Assembly (NCBI GenBank): GCA_964016885.1
Contig: OZ024740.1
Span: forward strand, 24,490,001-24,554,000
Origin: Eledone cirrhosa
Lineage: Eukaryota
Direction of reading: 5' to 3'
Length of the DNA stretch: 64,000 nucleotides
How positions within the stretch are numbered: the first letter of the stretch is position 1; each line of letters opens with the position of its first letter. Shown in pieces: positions 1 through 14,079 of the stretch. The notes beneath the pieces were generated by a model, which saw nothing but the letters and a program-made list of their open reading frames with translations, did no database searches and was not told the DNA's origin. The position numbers were made by a program, and so were the translations under genes.

Positions 1-670
1 GAGACATATAGATAAATAGGACAGAAGGAAACTAGAGAGGTAGAGATGGAGCGACATATAGATAAATAATACAGAAGGAAACGAGAGAGATAGAGATGGA
101 GAGACATATAGATAAATAGGACAGAAGGAAACTAGAGAGTGAGAGATGGAGAGACATATAGATAAATAGGACAGAAGGAAACTAGAGAGCTAGAGATATA
201 GAGACATATAGATAAATAGGACAGAAGGAAACTAGAGAGCTAGAGATGCAGAGACATATAGATAAATAGGTCAGAAGGAAACTAGAGAGTTAGAAATGGA
301 GTGACATATAGATAAATAGGACAGAAGGAAACTACAGAGCTAGAGGGGCAGAGACATATAGATAAATAGGACAGAAGGAAACTAGAGAGTTAGAGATGTA
401 GAGACATATAGATAAATAGGACAGAATGAAACTAGAGAGTTAGAGGTGGAGAGACATATAGATAAATAGGACAGAAGGAAACTAGAGAGTTACAGATTGA
501 GAGATATATAGATAAATAGGACAGTAGGAAACTAGAGAGCTAGAGATGGAGAGACATATAGATAAATAGGACAGAAGGAAACTAGAGAGTTAGAGATGGA
601 GATACATATAGATAAATAGGACAGAAGGAAACTAGAGAGTTAGAGATGGAGAGACATATAGATAAATAGG

Positions 671-970
671 ACAGAAGGAAACTAGAGAGGTAGAGATGGA
701 GCGACATATAGATAAATAAGACAGAAGGAAACTAGAGAGCTAGAGATGGAGAGACATATAGATAAATAGGACAGAAGGAAATTAGAGAGGTAGAGATGGA
801 GCGACATATAGATAAATAAGACAGAAGGAAACTAGAGAGCTAGAGATGGAGAGACATATAGATAAATAGGACAGAAGGAAACTAGAGAGGTAGAGATGGA
901 GCGACATATAGATAAATAAGACAGAAGGAAACTAGAGAGCTAGAGATGGAGAGACATATAGATAAATAGG
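671..970 (+). repeat. 100-bp dimer HOR x3 (monomer variant GGTAGAGATGGAGCGAC...AATAAG alternating with GCTAG...AATAGG)
   Basis: GCGACATATAGATAAATAAG at 701, 801 and 901. The same dimer run recurs near 9,420-9,550 and 15,200-15,450. Confidence 0.85.
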
Positions 971-3142
971 ACAGAAGGAAACTAGAGAGTTAGAGAGGGA
1001 GAGACATATAGATAAATAGGACAGAAGGAAACTAGAGAGGTAGAGATGGAGCGACATATAGATAAATAAGACAGAAGGAAACTATAGAGTTAGAGATGGA
1101 GAGACATAGATATAAATAGGACAGAAGGAAATTAGAGAGTTAGAGATGGAGAGATATATAGATAAATAGGACAGAAGGAAACTAGAGAGCTAGAGATGGA
1201 GAGACATACAGATAAATAGGACAGAAGGAAACTAGAGATCTAGAGATGCAGACATATAGATAAATAGGACAAGAGGAAACCAGAGAGCTAGAGATGGAGC
1301 GACATATAGATAAATAAGACAGAAGGAAACTAGAGGGTTAGAGATGGAGAGACATATAGATAAATAGGACAGAAGGAAACTAGAGAGGTAGAGATGGAGC
1401 GACATATAGATATATAGGACAGAAGGAAACTAGAGATCTAGAGATGCAGACATATAGATAAATAGGACAGAAGGACAATAGAGAGTGAGAAATAGAGAGA
1501 CATATAATTAAATAGGACAGAAGGAAAGGAGAGAGCTAGAGATGGAGAAACATCTAGATAAATAGTACAGAAGGAAACTAGAGAGTTAGAGATGGAGATA
1601 CATATAGATAAATAGGACAGAAGGAAACTAGAGAGTTAGAGAAGGAGAGACATATAGATAAATAGGACAGAAGGAAACTAGAGAGTTTGAGATGGAGACA
1701 CATATATATACAGAGGACAGAATGACACTAGAGAGCTAAAGATGGAGAGACATATAGAAAAATAGGACAGAAGGAAACTAGACAGATAGAGAGGGATAGA
1801 CATATAGATAAATAGGACAGAAGGAAACTAGAGAGGTAGAGATGTAGAGACATATAGATAAATAGGACAGAAGGAAAGTAGAGAGCTAGAGATGGAGAGA
1901 CATCTAGATAAATATTACAGAAGGAAACTAGAGAGTTAGAGATGGAGAGACATATAGATAAATAGGACAGAAGGAAACTAGAGAGCTAGTGATGCAGAGA
2001 CATATAGATAAATAGGACAGGAGGAAACTAGAGAGGTAGAGATGGAGCCACATATAGATAAATAACACAGAAAGAAACTAGAGAGTTAGAGATGGAGAGT
2101 CATATAGATATATAGGACAGAAGGTAATTAGAGATCTAGAGATGCAGCCATATAGATAAATAGGACAAGAGGAAACTAGAGAGGTAGAGATGTAGAGACA
2201 TATAGATAAATAGGACAGAAGGAAACTAGAGAGTTAGAGATGGAGAGACATATAGATAAATAGGACAGTACGAAACTAGAGAGTTAGAGATGGAGAGACA
2301 TATAGAAAAATAGGACAGAAGGAAACTAGAGAGCTAGATATGCAGAGACATATAGATACATAGGACAGAAGGAAACTAGAGAGTTAGAGATGGAGAGACA
2401 TATAGATAAATATGACAGAAGGAAACTAGAGAGTTAGAGATGGAGAGATATATAGATAAATAGGACAGAAAGAAACTAGAGAGCTAGAGATGGAGAGACG
2501 TATAGATAAATAGGACAGAAGGAAACTAGAGAGTTAGAGATGGAGAGACATATAATTAAATAGGACAGAAGGAAAGGAGAGAGCTAGAGATGGAGAAACA
2601 TCTAGATAAATAGTACAGAAGGAAACTAGAGAGTTAGAGAGGGAGAGACATATTTATAAATAAGACAGAAGGAAACTAGAGAGTTTGAGATGGAGACACA
2701 TATAGATACAGAGGACAGAAGGAAACTAGAGAGCTAGAGATGGAGAGACATATAGATAAATAGGACAGACGGAAACTAGAGAGATAGTGATGCAGAGACA
2801 TATAGATAAATAGAACAGGAGGAAACTAGAGAGCTAGAGATGGAGAGACATATAGAAAAATAGGACAGAAGGAAACTAGAGAGATAGAGATGGATAGACA
2901 TATAGATAAATAGGACAGAAGGAAAGTAGAGAGCTAGAGATGGAGAGACATCTAGATAAATAGTACAGAAGGAAACTAGACAGATAGAGAGGGATAGACA
3001 TATAGATAAATAGGACAGAAGTAAAGTAGAGAGCTCGAGATGGAGAGACATCTAGATAAATAGTACAGAAGGAAACTAGAGAATTAGAGAGGGAGAGACA
3101 TATAGAACATAGGACAGAAGGAACCTAGAGAGCTAGTGATGC

Positions 3143-6100
3143 AGAGACATATAGATAAATAGGACAGAAGGAAAGTAGAGAGCTAGAGATGGAGAGACAT
3201 CTAGATTAAAATTACAGAATGAAACTAGAGAGTTAGAGATGGAGAGACATATAGAAAATTGGACAGAAGGATACTAGAGAGCTAATGATGCAGAGACATA
3301 TAGATAAATAGGACAGAAGGAAACTGAAGTGTTAGAGATGGAGAGAGATATAGATAAATAGGACAGAAGGAAACTAGAGAGTTAGAGATGGAGAGACATA
3401 CAGATAAATATTACAGAAGGAAACTAGAGAGCTAATGATGCAGAGACATATAGATAAATAGGACAGGAGGAAACTAGAGAGGTAGAGATGGAGCCACATA
3501 TAGATAAATACACAGAAAGAAACTAGAGAGTTAGAGATGGAGAGACATATAGATATATAGGACAGAAGGTAATTAGAGTTCTAGAGATGCAGACATATAG
3601 ATAAATAGGACAAGAGGAAACTAGAGAGGTAGATATGTAGAGACATATAGATAAATAGGACAGAAGGAAACTGGAGAGTTAGAGATGGAGAGACATATAG
3701 ATAAATAGGACAGTAGGAAACTAGAGAGTTAGAGATGGAGAGACACATAGAAAAATAGGACAGAAGGAAACTAGAGAGTTAGAAATGGAGAGACATATAG
3801 ATAAATAGGACAGAAGGAAAGTAGAGAGCTAGAGATGGAGAGACATATAGATAAATAGTACAGAAGGAAACTAGAGAGTGAGAGATGGAGAAACATATAG
3901 GAAATAGGACAGAAGGAAACTAGAGCGTTAGAGATGGAGAGACATATAGATAAATAGGTCAAGAGGAAACTAGAGAGGTAGAGATGGAGAGACATATAGA
4001 TAAATAGGACAGAACAAAACTAGAGAGTTAGAGATGGAGAGACATATAGATAATTAGGACAGAAGGATACTAGAGAGTTAGAGATGGAAAGACATATAGA
4101 TAAATAGGACAGAAGGAAACTAGAAAGTTAGAGATGGAGAGACATATAGAAAAATAGGACATAAGGAAACTAGAGAGTTTGAGATGGAGAGACATATAGG
4201 TAAATAGGTCAGAAGAAAACTAGAGAGTTAGAGATGGAGTGACATATAGATAAATAGGACAGGAGGAAACTACAGAGCTAGAGGTGCAGAGACATATAGA
4301 TAAATAGGACAGGAGGAAACTATAGAGGTAGAGATGGAGCGACATCTAGATAAATAACACAGAAGGAAACTAGAGAGATAGAGATGGAGAGACATATAGA
4401 TACATAGGACAGAAGGAAACTAGAGATCTAGAAATGCAGACATATAGATAAATAGGTCAAGAGGAAACTAGAGAGGTAGAGATGGAGAGACATATAGATA
4501 AATAGGACAGAAGGAAACTAGAGAGCTAGAGATGGAGAGATATATAGAAAAATAGGACATAAGGAAACTAGAGAGTTTGAGATGGAGAGACATATAGGTA
4601 AATAGGTCAGAAGGAAACTAGAGAGTTAGAGATGGAGAGACATCTAGATAAATAGTACAGAAGGAAACTAGAGAGTTAGAGATGGAGAGACATAGAGAAA
4701 AATAGGACAGAAAGAAACTAGAGCGTTAGAGATGGAGAGACATATAGATAAATAGGACAGAAGGAAACTAAAGTGTTAGAGATGGAGAGACATATAGATA
4801 AATAGGACAGAAGGAAAGTAGAGAGCTAGAGATGGAGAGACATCTAGATTAAAATTACAGAATGAAACTAGAGAGTTAGAGATGGAGAGACATATAGAAA
4901 ATTGGACAGAAGGATACTAGAGAGCTAATGATGCAGAGACATATAGATAAATAGGACAGAAGGAAACTGAAGTGTTAGAGATGGAGAGAGATATAGATAA
5001 ATAGGACAGAAGGAAACTAGAGAGTTAGAGATGGAGAGACATACAGATAAATATTACAGAAGGAAACTAGAGAGCTAATGATGCAGAGACATATAGATAA
5101 ATAGGACAGGAGGAAACTAGAGAGGTAGAGATGGAGCCACATATAGATAAATACACAGAAAGAAACTAGAGAGTTAGAGATGGAGAGACATATAGATATA
5201 TAGGACAGAAGGTAAATAGAGTTCTAGAGATGCAGACATATAGATAAATAGGACAAGAGGAAACTAGAGAGGTAGATATGTAGAGACATATAGATAAATA
5301 GGACAGAAGGAAACTGGAGAGTTAGAGATGGAGAGACATATAGATAAATAGGACAGTAGGAAACTAGAGAGTTAGAGATGGAGAGACACATAGAAAAATA
5401 GGACAGAAGGAAACTAGAGAGTTAGAAATGGAGAGACATATAGATAAATAGGACAGAAGGAAAGTAGAGAGCTAGAGATGGAGAGACATATAGATAAATA
5501 GTACAGAAGGAAACTAGAGAGTGAGAGATGGAGAAACATATAGGAAATAGGACAGAAGGAAACTAGAGCGTTAGAGATGGAGAGACATATAGATAAATAG
5601 GTCAAGAGGAAACTAGAGAGGTAGAGATGGAGAGACATATAGATAAATAGGACAGAACAAAACTAGAGAGTTAGAGATGGAGAGACATATAGATAATTAG
5701 GACAGAAGGATACTAGAGAGTTAGAGATGGAAAGACATATAGATAAATAGGACAGAAGGAAACTAGAAAGTTAGAGATGGAGAGACATATAGAAAAATAG
5801 GACATAAGGAAACTAGAGAGTTTGAGATGGAGAGACATATAGGTAAATAGGTCAGAAGAAAACTAGAGAGTTAGAGATGGAGTGACATATAGATAAATAG
5901 GACAGGAGGAAACTACAGAGCTAGAGGTGCAGAGACATATAGATAAATAGGACAGGAGGAAACTATAGAGGTAGAGATGGAGCGACATCTAGATAAATAA
6001 CACAGAAGGAAACTAGAGAGATAGAGATGGAGAGACATATAGATACATAGGACAGAAGGAAACTAGAGATCTAGAAATGCAGACATATAGATAAATAGGT

Positions 6101-8103
6101 CAAGAGGAAACTAGAGAGGTAGAGATGGAGAGACATATAGATAAATAGGACAGAAGGAAACTAGAGAGCTAGAGATGGAGAGATATATAGAAAAATAGGA
6201 CATAAGGAAACTAGAGAGTTTGAGATGGAGAGACATATAGGTAAATAGGTCAGAAGGAAACTAGAGAGTTAGAGATGGAGAGACATCTAGATAAATAGTA
6301 CAGAAGGAAACTAGAGAGTTAGAGATGGAGAGACATAGAGAAAAATAGGACAGAAAGAAACTAGAGCGTTAGAGATGGAGAGACATATAGATAAATAGGA
6401 CAGAAGGAAACTAAAGTGTTAGAGATGGAGAGACATATAGATAAATAGGACAGAAGGAAAGTAGAGAGCTAGAGATGGAGAGACATCTAGATTAAAATTA
6501 CAGAATGAAACTAGAGAGTTAGAGATGGAGAGACATATAGAAAATTGGACAGAAGGATACTAGAGAGCTAATGATGCAGAGACATATAGATAAATAGGAC
6601 AGAAGGAAACTGAAGTGTTAGAGATGGAGAGAGATATAGATAAATAGGACAGAAGGAAACTAGAGAGTTAGAGATGGAGAGACATACAGATAAATATTAC
6701 AGAAGGAAACTAGAGAGCTAATGATGCAGAGACATATAGATAAATAGGACAGGAGGAAACTAGAGAGGTAGAGATGGAGCCACATATAGATAAATACACA
6801 GAAAGAAACTAGAGAGTTAGAGATGGAGAGACATATAGATATATAGGACAGAAGGTAATTAGAGTTCTAGAGATGCAGACATATAGATAAATAGGACAAG
6901 AGGAAACTAGAGAGGTAGATATGTAGAGACATATAGATAAATAGGACAGAAGGAAACTGGAGAGTTAGAGATGGAGAGACATATAGATAAATAGGACAGT
7001 AGGAAACTAGAGAGTTAGAGATGGAGAGACACATAGAAAAATAGGACAGAAGGAAACTAGAGAGTTAGAAATGGAGAGACATATAGATAAATAGGACAGA
7101 AGGAAAGTAGAGAGCTAGAGATGGAGAGACATATAGATAAATAGTACAGAAGGAAACTAGAGAGTGAGAGATGGAGAAACATATAGGAAATAGGACAGAA
7201 GGAAACTAGAGCGTTAGAGATGGAGAGACATATAGATAAATAGGTCAAGAGGAAACTAGAGAGGTAGAGATGGAGAGACATATAGATAAATAGGACAGAA
7301 CAAAACTAGAGAGTTAGAGATGGAGAGACATATAGATAATTAGGACAGAAGGATACTAGAGAGTTAGAGATGGAAAGACATATAGATAAATAGGACAGAA
7401 GGAAACTAGAAAGTTAGAGATGGAGAGACATATAGAAAAATAGGACATAAGGAAACTAGAGAGTTTGAGATGGAGAGACATATAGGTAAATAGGTCAGAA
7501 GAAAACTAGAGAGTTAGAGATGGAGTGACATATAGATAAATAGGACAGGAGGAAACTACAGAGCTAGAGGTGCAGAGACATATAGATAAATAGGACAGGA
7601 GGAAACTATAGAGGTAGAGATGGAGCGACATCTAGATAAATAACACAGAAGGAAACTAGAGAGATAGAGATGGAGAGACATATAGATACATAGGACAGAA
7701 GGAAACTAGAGATCTAGAAATGCAGACATATAGATAAATAGGTCAAGAGGAAACTAGAGAGGTAGAGATGGAGAGACATATAGATAAATAGGACAGAAGG
7801 AAACTAGAGAGCTAGAGATGGAGAGATATATAGAAAAATAGGACATAAGGAAACTAGAGAGTTTGAGATGGAGAGACATATAGGTAAATAGGTCAGAAGG
7901 AAACTAGAGAGTTAGAGATGGAGAGACATCTAGATAAATAGTACAGAAGGAAACTAGAGAGTTAGAGATGGAGAGACATAGAGAAAAATAGGACAGAAAG
8001 AAACTAGAGCGTTAGAGATGGAGAGACATATAGATAAATAGGACAGAAGGAAACTAAAGTGTTAGAGATGGAGAGACATATAGATAAATAGGACAGAAGG
8101 AAA
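3143..8103 (+). repeat. 1,643-bp HOR (33 monomers) x3, near-identical
   Basis: Marker CTAGATTAAAATTACAGAATG at 3,201, 4,844 and 6,487. Identical spurious ORFs at 3,771, 5,414 and 7,057. One difference seen, T>A at 5,216 in copy 2. Confidence 0.95.
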
Positions 8104-11100
8104 CTAGCGAGCTAGAGATGCTGAGACATATAGATAAATAGGACAGAAGGAAACTAGAGCGTTAGAGATGGAGAGACATATAGATAAATAGGACAGAAGG
8201 AAACTAGAGAGCTAGCGATATAAAGACACATAGATAAATAGGACAGAATGAAACTAGAGAGTTAGAGATGTAGAGACATATAGATAAATAGGACAGAAGG
8301 AAACTAGAGAGCTAGAGATGCAGAGACATATAGATAAATAGGACAGGAGGAAACTAGAGAGGTAGAGATGGAAAGACATATAGATAAATAGGACAGAAGG
8401 AAACGAGAGAGCTAGAGATGTAGAGACATATAGATGAATTGGACAGAAGAAAACTAGAGAGTTAGAGATGGAGAGTCATATAGATATATAGGACAGAAGC
8501 AAACTAGAGAGCTGGAGATGCAGGGTCATATAGATAAATAGGACAGTAGGAAACTAGAGAGGTAGAGTTCGAGAGACATATAGATAAATAGGACAGAAGG
8601 AAACTAGAGAGTTAGAGAGGGAGAGACATATTTATAAATAAGACAGAAGGAAACTAGAGAGTTAGAGATGGAAAGACACATAGATAAATCGGACAGAAGG
8701 AAACTAGAGAGATAGAGATTCAGAGACATATAGATAAATAGGACAGAAGGAAACTAGAGAGGTGGAGATGGAGCGACATATAGATAAATAATACAGAAGG
8801 AAACGAGAGAGATAGAGATGGAGAGACATATAGATAAATAGGACAGAAGGAAACTAGAGAGTTAGAGATGGAGAGACATATAGATAAATAGGACAGAAGG
8901 AAACTAGAGAGCTAGAGATATAGAGACATATAGATAAATAGGACAGAAGGAAACTAGAGAGCTAGAGATGCAGAGACATATAGATAAATAGGTCAGAAGG
9001 AAACTAGAGAGTTAGAAATGGAGTGACATATAGATAAATAGGACAGAAGGAAACTACAGAGCTAGAGGGGCAGAGACATATAGATAAATAGGACAGAAGG
9101 AAACTAGAGAGTTAGAGATGTAGAGACATATAGATAAATAGGACAGAATGAAACTAGAGAGTTAGAGATGGAGAGACATATAGATAAATAGGACAGAAGG
9201 AAACTAGAGAGTTACAGATTGAGAGATATATAGATAAATAGGACAGTAGGAAACTAGAGAGCTAGAGATGGAGAGACATATAGATAAATAGGACAGAAGG
9301 AAACTAGAGAGTTAGAGATGGAGATACATATAGATAAATAGGACAGAAGGAAACTAGAGAGTTAGAGATGGAGAGACATATAGATAAATAGGACAGAAGG
9401 AAACTAGAGAGGTAGAGATGGAGCGACATATAGATAAATAAGACAGAAGGAAACTAGAGAGCTAGAGATGGAGAGACATATAGATAAATAGGACAGAAGG
9501 AAATTAGAGAGGTAGAGATGGAGCGACATATAGATAAATAAGACAGAAGGAAACTAGAGAGCTAGAGATGGAGAGACATATAGATAAATAGGACAGAAGG
9601 AAACTAGAGAGTTAGAGATGGAGAGACATATAGATAAATAGGACAGAAGGAAACTAGAGAGGTAGAGATGGAGCGACATATAGATAAATAAGACAGAAGG
9701 AAACTAGAGGGTTAGAGATGGAGAGACATATAGATAAATAGGACAGAAGGAAACTAGAGAGGTAGAGATGGAGCGACATATAGATATATAGGACAGAAGG
9801 AAACTAGAGATCTAGAGATGCAGACATATAGATAAATAGGACAAGAGGAAACCAGAGAGCTAGAGATGGATGAGACATATAGAAAAATAGGACAGAAGGA
9901 AACTAGAGAGCTAGAGATGCAAAGACATATAGATAAATAGGACAGAAGGAAACTAGAGAGTTAGAGAAGGAGAGACATATAGATAAATAGAACAGAAGGA
10001 CAATAGAGAGTGAGAAATAGAGAGACATATAATTAAATAGGACAGAAGGAAAGGAGAGAGCTAGAGATGGAGAAACATCTAGATAAATAGTACAGAAGGA
10101 AACTAGAGAGTTAGAGATGGAGATACATATAGATAAATAGGACAGAAGGAAACTAGAGAGTTAGAGAAGGAGAGACATATAGATAAATAGGACAGAAGGA
10201 AACTAGAGAGTTTGAGATGGAGACACATATAGATACAGAGGACAGAATGACACTAGAGAGCTAGAGATGGAGAGACATATAGAAAAATAGGACAGAAGGA
10301 AACTAGACAGATAGAGAGGGATAGACATATAGATAAATAGGACAGAAGGAAACTAGAGAGGTAGAGATGTAGAGACATATAGATAAATAGGACAGAAGGA
10401 AAGTAGAGAGCTAGAGATGGAGAGACATCTAGATAAATATTACAGAAGGAAACTAGAGAGTTAGAGATGGAGAGACATATAGATAAATAGGACAGAAGGA
10501 AACTAGAGAGCTAGTGATGCAGAGACATATAGATAAATAGGACAGGAGGAAACTAGAGAGGTAGAGATGGAGCCACATATAGATTAATAACACAGAAAGA
10601 AACTAGAGAGTTAGAGATGGAGAGTCATATAGATATATAGGACAGAAGGTAATTAGAGATCTAGAGATGCAGCCATATAGATAAATAGGACAAGAGGAAA
10701 CTAGAGAGGTAGAGATGTAGAGACATATAGATAAATAGGACAGAAGGAAACTAGAGAGTTAGAGATGGAGAGACATCTAGATAAATAGTACAGAAGGAAA
10801 CTAGACAGATAGAGAGGGATAGACATATAGATAAATAGGACAGAAGTAAAGTAGAGAGCTAGAGATGGAGAGACATCTAGATAAATAGTACAGAAGGAAA
10901 CTAGAGAATTAGAGAGGGAGAGACATATAGAACATAGGACAGAAGGAACCTAGAGAGCTAGTGATGCAGAGACATATAGATAAATAGGACAGAAGGAAAG
11001 TAGAGAGCTAGAGATGGAGAGACATCTAGATAAATATTACAGAAGGAAACTAGAGAGTTAGAGATGGAGAGACATATAGATAAATAGGACAGAAGGAAAC

Positions 11101-11670
11101 TAGAGAGCTAGTGATGCAGAGACATATAGATAAATAGGACAGGAGGAAACTAGAGAGGTAGAGATGGAGAGACATATAGAAAATTGGACAGAAGGAATCT
11201 AGAGAGCTAGAGATGGAGAGACATATAGAAAATTGGACAGAAGGATACTAGAGAGCTAATGATGCAGAGACATATAGATAAATAGGACAGAAGGAAACTG
11301 AAGTGTTAGAGATGGAGAGAGATATAGATAAATAGGACAGAAGGAAACTAGAGAGTTAGAGATGGAGAGACATACAGATAAATATTACAGAAGGAAACTA
11401 GAGAGCTAATGATGCAGAGACATATAGATGAATAGGACAGGAGGAAACTAGAGAGGTAGAGATGGAGCCACATATAGATAAATACAGAGAAAGAAACTAG
11501 AGAGTTAGAGATGGAGAGACATATAGATATATAGGACAGAAGGTAATTAGAGTTCTAGAGTTGCAGACATATAGATAAATAGGACAAGAGGAAACTAGAG
11601 AGGTAGATATGTAGAGACACATAGATAAATAGGACAGAAGGAAACTGGAGAGTTAGAGATGGAGAGACAT

Positions 11671-14079
11671 ATAGATAAATAGGACGGTAGGAAACTAGAG
11701 AGTTAGAGATGGAGAGACACATAGAAAAATAGGACAGAAGGAAACTAGAGAGTTAGAAATGGAGAGACATATAGATAAATAGAACAGAAGGAAAGTAGAG
11801 AGCTAGAGATGGAGAGACATATAGATAAATAGTACAGAAGGAAACTAGAGAGTGAGAGATGGAGAAACATATAGGAAATAGGACAGAAGGAAACTAGAGC
11901 GTTAGAGATGGAGAGACATATAGATAAATAGGTCAAGAGGAAACTAGAGAGGTAGAGATGGAGAGACATATAGATAAATAGGACAGAACAAAACTAGAGA
12001 GTTAGAGATGGAGAGACATATAGATAATTAGGACAGAAGGATACTAGAGAGTTAGAGATGGAAAGACATATAGATAAATAGGACAGAAGGAAACTAGAAA
12101 GTTAGAGATGGAGAGACATATAGAAAAATAGGACATAAGGAAACTAGAGAGTTTGAGATGGAACGACATATAGGTAAATAGGTCAGAAGAAAACTAGAGA
12201 GTTAGAGATGGAGTGACATATAGATAAATAGGACAGGAGGAAACTACAGAGCTAGAGGTGCAGAGACATATAGATAAATAGGACAGGAGGAAACTATAGA
12301 GGTAGAGATGGAGCGACATCTAGATAAATAACACAGAAGGAAACTAGAGAGATAGAGATGGAGAGACATATAGATACATAGGACAGAAGGAAACTAGAGA
12401 TCTAGAAATGCAGACATATAGATAAATAGGTCAAGAGGAAACTAGAGAGGTAGAGATGGAGAGACATATAGATAAATAGGACAGAAGGAAACTAGAGAGC
12501 TAGAGATGGAGAGATATATAGAAAAATAGGACATAAGGAAACTAGAGAGTTTGAGATGGAGAGACATATAGGTAAATAGGTCAGAAGGAAACTAGAGAGT
12601 TAGAGATGGAGAGACATCTAGATAAATAGTACAGAAGGAAACTAGAGAGTTAGAGATGGAGAGACATAGAGAAAAATAGGACAGAAAGAAACTAGAGCGT
12701 TAGAGATGGAGAGACATATAGATAAATAGGACAGAAGGAAACTAAAGTGTTAGAGATCGAGAGACATATAGATAAATAGGACAGAAGGAAACTAGAGCGT
12801 TAGAGATGGAGAGACATATAGATAAATAGGACAGAAGGAAACTAGAGAGCTAGAGATATAAAGACACATAGATAAATAGGACGGTAGGAAACTAGAGAGT
12901 TAGAGATGGAGAGACACATAGAAAAATAGGACAGAAGGAAACTAGAGAGTTAGAAATGGAGAGACATATAGATAAATAGAACAGAAGGAAAGTAGAGAGC
13001 TAGAGATGGAGAGACATATAGATAAATAGTACAGAAGGAAACTAGAGAGTGAGAGATGGAGAAACATATAGGAAATAGGACAGAAGGAAACTAGAGCGTT
13101 AGAGATGGAGAGACATATAGATAAATAGGTCAAGAGGAAACTAGAGAGGTAGAGATGGAGAGACATATAGATAAATAGGACAGAACAAAACTAGAGAGTT
13201 AGAGATGGAGAGACATATAGATAATTAGGACAGAAGGATACTAGAGAGTTAGAGATGGAAAGACATATAGATAAATAGGACAGAAGGAAACTAGAAAGTT
13301 AGAGATGGAGAGACATATAGAAAAATAGGACATAAGGAAACTAGAGAGTTTGAGATGGAGCGACATATAGGTAAATAGGTCAGAAGAAAACTAGAGAGTT
13401 AGAGATGGAGTGACATATAGATAAATAGGACAGGAGGAAACTACAGAGCTAGAGGTGCAGAGACATATAGATAAATAGGACAGGAGGAAACTATAGAGGT
13501 AGAGATGGAGCGACATCTAGATAAATAACACAGAAGGAAACTAGAGAGATAGAGATGGAGAGACATATAGATACATAGGACAGAAGGAAACTAGAGATCT
13601 AGAAATGCAGACATATAGATAAATAGGTCAAGAGGAAACTAGAGAGGTAGAGATGGAGAGACATATAGATAAATAGGACAGAAGGAAACTAGAGAGCTAG
13701 AGATGGAGAGATATATAGAAAAATAGGACATAAGGAAACTAGAGAGTTTGAGATGGAGAGACATATAGGTAAATAGGTCAGAAGGAAACTAGAGAGTTAG
13801 AGATGGAGAGACATCTAGATAAATAGTACAGAAGGAAACTAGAGAGTTAGAGATGGAGAGACATAGAGAAAAATAGGACAGAAAGAAACTAGAGCGTTAG
13901 AGATGGAGAGACATATAGATAAATAGGACAGAAGGAAACTAAAGTGTTAGAGATCGAGAGACATATAGATAAATAGGACAGAAGGAAACTAGAGCGTTAG
14001 AGATGGAGAGACATATAGATAAATAGGACAGAAGGAAACTAGAGAGCTAGAGATATAAAGACACATAGATAAATAGGAC
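11671..14079 (+). repeat. 1,197-bp HOR (24 monomers) x2, derived from a diverged copy of the 1,643-bp unit
   Basis: Marker AGGACGGTAGG at 11,681 and 12,878. Identical ORFs at 11,745 and 12,942. The copies differ at GAACGAC (12,161) versus GAGCGAC (13,358). Confidence 0.93.
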
